DNA from: Malacoraja senta
Taxonomy: Eukaryota
Assembly (NCBI GenBank): GCA_038087875.1
Contig: CM075988.1
Span: 13,888,001-13,952,000 of the forward strand
DNA: 64,000 nucleotides
Direction: 5' to 3'
The stretch's first letter is position 1, and each line of letters begins with the position of its first letter. The translations under genes were made by a program, and so were the position numbers. The notes beneath the pieces are model-generated. The model did no database searches. It saw only the letters and a list, made by a program, of their open reading frames with translations, and had not been told where the DNA came from. Positions 12,790 through 22,635 of this stretch are shown piece by piece.

Positions 12790-13110
12790 CTAATCCCTTT
12801 TGCCTGCACATGATACATATCTTTCTGTTGCCTTTATATTTTTGTGCCTACCTAAAATCCTCTGAAATGTCACTATCATATCTGCTTCCATCATCTCCCT
12901 TGGCAGGCTTTCCAGACACCTACCGCTCTCTTTGTAAAAAATAAATACTTGCCCCACATACTGTATCTCCTTAAAACGTTTTCCCTTTGAGTTTATAGCT
13001 ATGCCGTCTGGTGTTTGGCATTTCCACCCCAGGAAAAAGGTTCTCACTGTCTACCTCTGATAATTTTATAAAGTTCTATTAGATCTCTACTCTTTTGACC
13101 CTTCAAAGAA
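12790..13110 (-). mobile_element. Decayed CR1 3' fragment
   Basis: Minus-strand SLPREMMEADMIVTFQRILGRH, a CR1 ORF2 C-terminal pattern. Confidence 0.75.
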
Positions 13111-13479
13111 AACAAAACCATCCAAAACGGCTACGAGTACTATTTACAACAAGGCGACATTCCAGCTATAGTATTAAAAACCTGTGCTCCAGAACAAACT
13201 ATGGATTTAACCAAGCTTTTCCAGCACAATAACAATGTTGACATTTACTTGAAGAGATGAAAATTTGCCCAGCTCTGTCATATTCATCAAAAGTAGAACA
13301 AACCCAATTCAACTAATTATTGCCCAAAGTCTACTCTCAATCATCATCGCACTGATGCAAGGTGCCATTAGCAGGGCTATCAAGCTGTACTTACTCGCCA
13401 ATAACATTTCACTGGTGCACAGTTTGACTTTCACAGGAATATTTGGCTCCAGACCTCATCACCAACAGAACAACGAGTT

Positions 13480-13830
13480 CAACTCCAGTGAGTGAGCCTG
13501 TTTTTTAAAATCAAGGCAACAATTGATCAAGTGTGGCATGAAAGAGTGATGGTAATAGCTATCAAGACAATAAGGATTGAAGTCATACCTTAGGTTATGG
13601 TTGTTGGAGTTCAGTCATCCCAGCCAAGACATCACATCAGGAGTTCCTGAGGGTGAGGCCCAACCATTTCCAGGTACTTCACCAATGACCTCTCTTCTAT
13701 CACCGGGTCTGAAATAGGAATATTTGCTGATCACTGCATGATATTGAATTTTATTTGCAACTCCTCAGAAAAAGACAGTCCAAATTCAGGCTAGGAGTGA
13801 TAATTAGTTAACATTTGTGCTATGTTAACT
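13480..13830 (+). mobile_element. Old LINE RT remnant
   Basis: TCAGGAGTTCCTGAGGG (SGVPxG) followed by TTCACCAATGACCTC and TTTGCTGAT (FAD) motifs. Confidence 0.6.
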
Positions 13831-14114
13831 CTGCTTTTCCTTGCACAACTACTACCTGAGTGACTGGTTTATTCCAACATGTTCTGTTTATGTTAGCACT
13901 GTGGGAGACTGTGCACCAAAATGACTGCAATAATTCAGGATGGTGACTCCCGGGAGAGGAGAGAAATAGTAGTTGGAGGATTGGTATCAGTTTGGTAATG
14001 TAGGATCAGTGTCATGGTAGAAGGATTGTTGCTAAGTTCATGAATTGTTAGGCATGGGGTTAGAACTAGTGGAAGATCAATGTTTGGAACAGGTAATATC
14101 CATAGATAGCCATG

Positions 14115-14245
14115 GACCCATAGAGTCATACAGCATGGAAACAGGCCATTTGGCCCAACTCGCCCTTGCTCACCAAGATGCCCCATGTGTACAAGTCTCA
14201 ACTGCTGTAGGTTTTGCCCCATATAGATAGTCTTTGGCCCATATA
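14115..14245 (-). mobile_element. CR1 3' tail fragment
   Basis: CATAGAGTCATACAGCATGGAAACAGGCC. Confidence 0.7.
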
Positions 14246-15947
14246 CAGTACATAGCCGTTATTATTCAAGGAAATAAAAAATGATAGTCAAGGGAAATAG
14301 GGCTAAGTAAATGTTTGCAGTGTGGAGGTCAGATCTTGGTGGGGGCATGGGTGTGGTGGAGGGGGCTGTCACCTGTTGAGGCAGGTGGGTCAGTTTTGTT
14401 GATTGGTGAGTAGGCTTGTCAAACGTGGCACGTGGAGATAGGAAGTGAATGGATGGGGAATGGGGTTGGGGAAAAAGAACAGCCAGATAAAAGTAGAAAG
14501 GAATCTTTAAGTCATGCTAAGGTACCTCTCACTGCCATGTCGCATGAAAGGGTATCTTTGGAAGCCACTGTGCACAGTGTACATTGCCAGACACACAGAA
14601 GATGCCAAATGAAACTATCAGACTGTGTTACTTGCATAAGACCCCAATTTTACAAATATGTTCTTTTTCATTGAAATCAGATCATGTAGGATACAAAACA
14701 GTGCTGCATGTGTGCAAAGCAGGAAAATATGACAAATAAATGGATGACAAGTCAAAGGGCTCTAAGCATCAAAGCACCTCATCAAATTTCACTTTGTTAG
14801 CAGAATTTCCTAAAGCAGTCGACTGGGAACGGTTACTGTTTGGGCCTAATTGTTTAATTAGTTCAAAGCCATCTGAGAATGGGTTTCAGGAATTCAGACT
14901 CAGCAAGGTACATGTTATGTATCTAAAACTGAATCGGCCACAATGACACCTTGTACTCTTTATATATTCCTGTCAGGTGGAGTTTTGCAATGATATCACT
15001 GCATTTTAAAATTCTCCTTATGATGTCCTTTTCAACATGAAAGAAAATACTAGGGCCATGTAAAATAATCTCTATTCATAACCTTATGAAAACACATATG
15101 GTTTAGTCGAGATATTACTAAGCAGAATACTTATTTAAACATTGCATAGAGTAATAGATATTGCATGTTTATGAATGGGTTTTGAAATGAAAACATCTTC
15201 ACATTAATCAAAATTCAAAGACTTTACACTCTGGATTTAGGCTAAACAATTCAGAACAAAGGTAGAATTACAAACATGTTTAAACAAAGTATGGTTGAAC
15301 CTTGTGCTTTCCATATGAAAGGCTTTGACTATATTTGACTATATGTCCAGTATAAAGTCTAGAACGTTTGAGAACAGAAACATATCACTACCTGACATGT
15401 GAAAATACATGCTGATTTAGACTGGGAATTTTGTGCACTTGCAGTATAGACACAAATCAGCCTGCATTACATTTGCAATGTATTCTCTACCTTTAATTTC
15501 CAGTTTACTGCATTTATAGAATCCTTCCCCTTATCTGAACATTTGCCCTCAACTTTGTGGCCTTTTGATGCTGTATGCTTCAAATTTGCTCCCATCTGTT
15601 CTGGTGAGACCTTGAAGTGAAATTCTTGTCACTGTGTAAACCTTTTGATTTTGGGCACATTCAACCAATCCAATATCACCCCTTTTACACCGTGACCCAT
15701 TGTTTTGATATTTTTTCAAAGATAATACAGTCACTGTGAATTATAATTATTGTTCATTATTGAATGTTCAATTCGCACAGATAGTAGTTGCTCATTGCTG
15801 TGGGCTAAAGCAAAGTTTGCAAATGTCGTCAGGAGAAATAGATTAAAAACAATGTTTCTTGAATCAAGACTTTTGTAATTGGCAATATTGGATCTCATGA
15901 TGAAAAGTGTAACAGGTTTGCATTATACAAGGCCTCTGTTGAGATAA

Positions 15948-16170
15948 TGTGTAGGAAGGACTGCAGATGCTAGTTCATACTGAAGATAGACACAAAATGC
16001 TGGAGTAACTCCACGGGACAAGCAGCATCTCTGGATAGGAATGGGTGACGTTTCGGGTCAAGACCCTTCTTCAGACTGAGAGTCAGGGGAGAGGGAGATA
16101 GAGATATGGAAGGGTGAGGTGTGAAACGAGACATCAAAGGGAACGAAGCTCAAGAAAATGTGGAATAAAT
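15948..16170 (-). mobile_element. Penelope-like terminal repeat with intact minimal hammerhead core (about 16045-16076)
   Basis: Minus strand: GT-CTGAAGA-A-GGGTC-TT-GACCC-GAAAC-GTC-AC. Confidence 0.8.
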
Positions 16171-16179
16171 CTATCTGTA

Positions 16180-16355
16180 TTCAAGAGAGTTAGATATAGC
16201 TCTTAGGGCTAACAGAATCAAAGGATATGGGGAGAAAGCAGGAACTGGGTACTGATTCTGGATGATCAGCCATGATCATATTGAATGGTGGCACTGGCTC
16301 GAAGGCAAGAATGGCCTACTCCTGCACTTATTTTCTATGTTTCGATGTTTCTGTA
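16180..16355 (+). mobile_element. CR1 3' end fragment
   Basis: Near-identical to 25670-25840. Confidence 0.88.
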
Positions 16356-17166
16356 ATGTGCTCTTTACATTGATCTATTTTATTTGTTCTTGCTGCCATC
16401 ATTCCCCCAGAGTGGCTTTTAAATCAATGATGTGTAAAAAGCCACATGAGTTTTAATGCACTGGTGTAACTATCTGTGAGAGTTCAGACCTAACATGAAG
16501 CTCTTTGCTCTAACATTGATCAAGCTTAACATCAAGCCACCTGAAGATGGCACAAACTGGCAGCCAAACCAACCAGTCATGTTAAAATCCCAATATCTTA
16601 AGCCATCAGACTGTTCCAGGATTAATTACAAGCAATTAACTAATTTTGTTCTGCAATGTACCACAATGTACCACATCTGTCATTGTTCATACATATTTAG
16701 TTGTACAGTTGATGTTTTAATTGGGAATGAAGCAAATTATTATATTAACATCCTGAGTCCCAACCAATTTCAAATTAGTTAGTTTTAATCTTTGCCCCAT
16801 TCTCCTCCAATCCTCTTTGACATCTTTTAGCAAATTTTAAAGACATTATTTTGGATCCACAAATTCTCGGTTCACCAAGTTAAAGATTATTTTGAGTCCA
16901 AAGGCACACTTAAGAATTCACTTTTTTTTAAGAAGTGCTGTAGGTTTTATCCCACATGCGTTCACCTCCCACTATAAACATCAGTACAAAACTTTGCTTT
17001 CTCCTCTTCCAAAGGGTTGATTGCCTGTGTATGAACACATCATAAAATATGAACACATCATAAATTATTTCCTGTCCTTCATTGGATCCAGGGTATCTTC
17101 CTCTATTGTGGTCTTTTATTGGTTAAAGTATTACATTTTTCTGGTTTTATTTTTAACAATAGCAAT

Positions 17167-18442
17167 TGGGTGGCATGGTGGTGCAGCGGTAGAGTTGCTG
17201 CCTTACAGCGCCAGAGACCTGGGTTCAATCCTGACTACGGAGGCTGTCTGTACAGAGTTTGTACCTTTTTCCCATGACTGCGTGGGTTTTCTCCTGGTCC
17301 TCCGGTTTCCTTCCACACTCCAAAAAAGTGCAGGTTTGTAGGTTAATAGGCTTTGGTAAAAATTGTAAATTGTCCCTAGTGTGTGTAGGCAATAGACAGT
17401 AGACAATAGACAATAGGTGCAGGAGTAGGCCATTCGGCCCTTCGCGCCAGTGTGATCATGGCTGATCATCCCCAATCAGTACCCCGTTCCTGCCTCCTCC
17501 CCATATCCCCTGACTCCGCTATCTTTAAGAGCCCTATTTAGCTCTCTCTTGAAAGTATCCAGAGAACCGGCCTCCACCGCCCTCTGAGGCAGAGAATTCC
17601 ACAGACTCAAAACTCTCTGTGAGAAAAGGTGTTTCCTCATCTCCGTTCTAAATGGCTTACCCCTTATTCTTAAACTGTGGCCCCTGGTTTTGGACTCCCC
17701 CAACATCGGGAACATGTTTCCTGCCTCTAGCGTGTCCAAACCCTTAATAAACCTTTATGTTTAAATAGATCGCCTCTCATCCTTCTGAACTCCAGAGTAT
17801 ACAAGCCCAGCCACTCCATTCTCTCAGCATATGATAGTCCCGCCATCCCGGGAATTAACCTTGTAAACCTACGCTGCACTCCCTCAATTGCAAGAATGTC
17901 CTTCCTCAAATTCGGGGATGAAATCTGCACACAATACTCCAAGTGTGCTCTCACTAGGGCCCTATACAACTGCAGAAGGACCTCTTTGCTCCTATACTCA
18001 ACTCCTCTTGTTATAAAGGCCAACATGCCATTCGCTTACTTCACCGCCTGCTGTACCTGCATGCATACTTTCATTGACTGATGAACAAGGACCCCCAGAT
18101 CCCGTTGTACTTCCCCTTTTCCCAACTTGATACCATTTAGATAGTAATCTGCCTTCCTGTTTTTGCTACCAAAGTTGATAACCTCACATTTATCCACATT
18201 AAACTGCACCTGCCATGCATCTGCCCACTCACCCAACCTGTCCAAGTCACCCTGCATTCTCATAGCATCCTTCTCACAGTTCACACTGCCACCCAGCTTT
18301 GTGTCATCTGCAAATTTCCTAATGTTACTTTGAATCCCTTCATCTAAAGGACAGTGTTCGTGTACAGGGATTGCTGGTTGGCGCATACTCGGTATGCTAA
18401 AGGATCTGTTTCTGCGCTGTATCTCTAAACTAAACTAAACTA
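17167..18442 (+). mobile_element. HE1-like V-SINE split by a CR1 insertion (SINE parts 17167-17389 and 18347-18442)
   Basis: SINE breaks at GTGTGTAGG and resumes at AGGACAGTGTT..TCTCTAAACTAAACT. Confidence 0.88.
17390..18346 (-). mobile_element. 5'-truncated CR1 LINE (RT C-terminal part, frameshifted)
   Basis: ORFs 18036-18386, 17727-18026 and 17476-17739 match ORF2 of 22636-25746 (KFADDTKL, LEYCVQ, WNSLP); (CTATTGT)n tail. Confidence 0.95.
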
Positions 18443-18966
18443 ATTTATTTTAATGATCATCTATTTTAGATCATGCCATTGGTCTAATTTCTCAATATTT
18501 TTTTCATTTAAAGCCAAATAGTTTACATAGTGTTTCTTAGGATTATATTATTTCTCTTTGAACTGTTAAACCTCAAACCTCTCCACATTGCATTGTAGTG
18601 TTACATTTCAACATCATAAATAAATACAATATTCTTGACAACCACTAATTTTTCAAATAAAATATTTTGTAAAGAAGGAAATAATGTTTCAGGTCAACAG
18701 CCTTTTATGTTATTCAACATTTAAAAAAAAAGACTTTATACCCCGAAGAATTAAAGAGATCTGAGAATAAAACAAAAATCTGAATATTTCCTGATATAAT
18801 TTTGACAAATCAAAGAACTATTGAAAAGTAGGAATTTCTCTTTTATAATTGTTGGTGTTTGATTCTGGTTGTGTCGTGAGTTATGATCAGTATTCTAGTT
18901 CAAAGTAACTAATTTGAGTTAAATTATCTTTCTATCGTACAATTCTGGAATTTTTATTGAAATTCT

Positions 18967-19122
18967 TTGTGTCTTTAGAATGTGGGAGGAAAATTAATCA
19001 CCCGGAGAAACCCACACGGTCACAGGGAGAACGTACAAGCTCCCTACAGACAGCACCAGTAGTCAGGGTCGAACCCGGATCTCTTACGCCATTGGGCAGC
19101 AACTCTATCATAGCACCACTGG
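18967..19122 (-). mobile_element. HE1-like V-SINE, 5' half
   Basis: TGTGGGAGGAAA..GGTCGAACCCGG. Confidence 0.85.
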
Positions 19123-19926
19123 GTCGCCCTGAAGAGTGGGGCCCTAAAGAGCCCTAAACTGCCAAATTGTGCCTTTGCCCTAAATAATCTGGCATGGTTA
19201 CTGAGTTTTTTATTACACATTTCAAACATGGTGTAAACGGTTTTATGATTTAGTTGATTAGTATATAGTAAACCAGCAGTTCTTATTGACACCTGGTCCT
19301 ATGCAACTCCCAATGAACATTGCTGGATAAACAGCCGAGAGTCCATCCCACCTTCTTACTGGTCTTTTATTATCTCACGCGTCAAGCTCTGCAACCCCTT
19401 TTTTATTACAGCAGTAAACCTGTTGAACATATGCATCAATTCGATTTATTTTTTTGTTATTTTAATAAAATATTGCAAAGAAAAAATAGAGGAACAATTG
19501 GTTAGTTGAACTAACTATGCCTATAAACATATTTCATCCCTTGATGCCTCTCATTCCAACCAGACAGTTGTACTATCTTCTTGTATTTTAGTTCATCATA
19601 TAGTTCTCAGAGTATGTCCTTCACTTTCTTGTTTGATTATACTGACTAATTTAAAAGTGTTATGGGTGTTAGATGTTTAAAATCTATGATTACTGGTAAT
19701 ATATAACAAAGATAAAGATCAAGACGAGATTGAAAATGAAAAGACTTGTTTTTACTGAAACATCAAAAATCTTTTTATTTCATTAGTTGGTAACCCAAGG
19801 TGCTATAATGTGGAAGTACAACACACTTCTAATTCAGGAATTCCTAATAGTCTTCTTGTGCTTTGTTCAATGGCACTCTACACATAAGCACTTCAATACT
19901 GAGTGCTGGTGAATTATAGAAATTGC

Positions 19927-19980
19927 GGGGTGGAAGATTGCAACCTTCACATGGTCTGCCCTGTTTAGACGAATGCAATC
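19927..19980 (+). ncRNA. Predicted HDV/CPEB3-like ribozyme, copy B
   Basis: P1 GGGGUGG/CUGCCCU, P2 GAUUGCA/UGCAAUC, P3 ACC/GGU, L3 UUCACAU, J4/2 C-GAA with catalytic C at 19970. Confidence 0.8.
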
Positions 19981-20070
19981 AACCCGGCGTGCACAATCAA
20001 ATAGGATCAAATATTGCAAGTAGTCCTACAACTTTAGGCTGTGCACGCCATACGCAAGAAGAAGAAGAAG
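19927..20070 (+). mobile_element. Ribozyme-headed short retroposon, copy B
   Basis: Perfect 10-bp TSD ATAGAAATTG (19916-19925 and 20071-20080); tail CCATACGC(AAG)5. Confidence 0.92.
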
Positions 20071-20704
20071 ATAGAAATTGGGAAAACATCACTATGGAAT
20101 CAAGTTTTGCAGTCATCCGATATCTAGTGATGATACATTTCTGCTGGAAGCAAAGGACCCAGATCAGGAGAGCATGCCAGTCTAATTCATTATTTTACTT
20201 CGGAGTCACGTGAGTGACTACGTGAAGAACCCCATCAGGGCGCATGCGCGTCATTACGTCGGACGCATTGGTGCGAACGGCAGCAGGAGCACGGACCTCC
20301 TGCTGCAGGTGAGTAGTTACAGCTCCACCAAAGTCGGGGAGACTTTGGAGGAGTTAGAGAAAAGTAAAGAAAGTGTTTCTGTGTGTTTTTTCCCCCACAT
20401 ACAGGAACAAGGAAAAGGTGCAGGCTGCTGCCGACAAGGAGAGAGAGAGCTGCGGGAAGCAGTCTCTGAAAGGCAGCCTGTCACCTCGGGGGAGTCGCAA
20501 GCCGGTAGCGGTGCGGCGACAGATTTGGCAAAGTGCCCAGCCGGGTACACAGCCAATGCCAGTCGGGCGGTCGGCATAACCCAAGTCAGTAAGGGCTATA
20601 GACTCCGCAGAGTCGGGACACGAGAGTCCCGTCGGGGACAGGATACCGTTCCCCAGCGGTTATCCAAAAGGAGCAGCTCATACAGGGGCTGCTCCACAGA
20701 GACG

Positions 20705-20955
20705 CTCCAGGAGGAGTAATGCAGGAGGGAAGCCACAGAGAAGGCTCCGCTGGCAGTGCCTAGGAGAGGTTCTGTTTCATAAAGCCACACTCCAGGAGGA
20801 GTAGTGCAGGCGGGAAGCCTTAGGGAAGGCTCCGCTGGCAGTGCCTAGGAGAGGCCTGCTTCATAAAGCCATACTCCAGGAGGAGTTGTGCAGGCGAGAG
20901 GCCGTGGGGACGGCTCAGCTGGCAGTGCCTAGTAGAGGCCTGCTTGAAAGCACCC
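20705..20955 (+). repeat. Tandem repeat of 84-85 bp x3 in the DIRS gag region
   Basis: CTCCAGGAGGAG recurs at 20705, 20790 and 20874. Confidence 0.9.
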
Positions 20956-21300
20956 TCTTTGCAAGAGGTGAGTGCAGAAGGGCAGATACGCTCTTACCCT
21001 GAGTCCGACGACTTCCAAAGGGAGGGCAGGCAGCTGTCAGAGCTGACACCGTGTGCAGCACGGTTTGCCATGTCGTCGGACGCTGGTGAGCCTCTGGGTG
21101 AGGAACTTGCCACCAGCATAAATTACCAAGTCTCACATCAGCTACAGGAGCTGACAATGGATGAGACAGTAACGAAGTATGAAGCCCCAATCAACTGTGG
21201 ACTGTTAAAAGTTCCTGTTGGGAACAGGAAGAATTGGGGCAAGATGGGCATACTAATGAAAGCCCAGGAGCATGTGAAGCTCCAGCATATTTTTAAAGTT
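20944..21300 (+). pseudogene. DIRS gag-like ORF remnant
   Basis: KYEAPINCGLLKVPV resembles the PxNCxxLxxP motif of DIRS ORF1; lies upstream of RT. Confidence 0.6.
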
Positions 21301-21452
21301 GCTGGCATCTGGTTGCCAGGTGGTGAGGAGGTAAGAGGGTCTGGTTCTCATGTAGACAGATCTAATGTGATACAATTAAATGTTTACCTCAGTTTATACT
21401 GAAGGTTATTCAAGGGCATCAAATAAAGCTTAATGCAAATTCTGATTTACCC

Positions 21453-22535
21453 ATGCAACATGTTCCAAAAAAGGAGTTTGACTTCAGTATCACTGAACAA
21501 TTGGAAGTTCAGCTGGAACTTGCAAGCTTATGTAATAAAGGTGTAATTGCTAAGGCAGTTTACCAAAGCCATCAGTTTGTGTCCAATATCTTTCCCAGAC
21601 CAAAAAAGGACGGGGGGATGCAGAATTATACAGACCTGAATAGTCTTAACCCTTTTGTACGGTATAGACATTTTAAGATGGAAACGTTTGTGAAGGAGAT
21701 CTTAAAGATGCGGATTCAGTGTCTGTTCATTTGCAGGATAGAAGATTTAAAATTCAACTGGATGGGGCAATTATGTCAATACAATCCACTGCCTAATGGT
21801 TTCTCTTCAGCTCCTAGAGGGATTACAAAGTTGTTAAAACCTATGCTAGGCATGATGAGAAGTCAAGGTCATGTGTTCATGGTTTAACTAGATAATATCT
21901 TGATAGTAGGACAATCAAAGGAAACAACTGGGCTTTATAAGCTATCCAGAGAAATCAACTGGGCTTTATAAGCTATCCAGAGAAATCTAAATTTATACCT
22001 GTGACACAAATTGACTAGTTGGGTTCACAATGGACTTAATCAACATCATTGTGACCTTGCCCAGGCAAAAAAGGGTAGAGCTAATTAAGAGCTATATCAA
22101 GTTAATTGCTAACACACAGCCTTCAATTAGCCAGGTGACAAGTCTGCTGTGGTAATGGCTGGCAGCTTTTCCAGCAGTTCAATATGGCCACTTTATTATC
22201 TACAATTGCAAAGGTCAAAGGAACAAGCATTGAGGATACATTGGGGTCATTATAATAGACCTATGCTTCTATCAATAGAGGCTGTTGCTGATGTACAATG
22301 GTGGATTCAGCATGTGTCCACTAGTAGTTCCAAAGTGTTATTGGACCAAGCTTCCATGATTTGCAGACAGATGTCAGAGCACTTGGGTAGGGTGCTACTG
22401 ATACAAGATCCAGCGGTGGAGACAGATGAACATTGCTTCTGCAAACATGGGGAATTAACCAAGAGTATTTTATGGACTCGAGGCTTATGGCACTAACTAA
22501 ACTAGTTTGCATATGCAGTGCAGTGCAAAATAGAC
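21453..22535 (+). pseudogene. DIRS reverse transcriptase and RNase H N-part, disrupted
   Basis: FVSNIFPRPKKDGG, RHFKMET, LPNGFSSAPR, V*LDNIL (YLDD destroyed), DVQWW; 31-bp duplication at 21925-21986. Confidence 0.92.
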
Positions 22536-22536
22536 A

Positions 22537-22630
22537 CTGCACAAAAGTGGATGGGTTGCACTTGAACCTGAGGGGGACCGATATCCTGGCGGGGAGATCT
22601 GCAAAGGCTACTGGGGAGACTTTAAACTAG
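22537..22630 (+). pseudogene. CR1 ORF1 C-terminal remnant (SGNH/esterase domain)
   Basis: DGLHLNLRGTDILAGR..LN*, containing the SGNH DxxH motif. Confidence 0.85.
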
Positions 22631-22635
22631 AATGG

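Noticed and set aside
14804-14907. Possible host exon (AG..GT bounded, open frame EFPKAVDWERLL..)
   Set aside because: Weak splice signals and no recognisable protein; cannot be supported without RNA data.
20210-20719. 169-aa ORF as intact DIRS gag
   Set aside because: Starts at a GTG inside the ITR, has no recognisable motif and no counterpart in copy 2.
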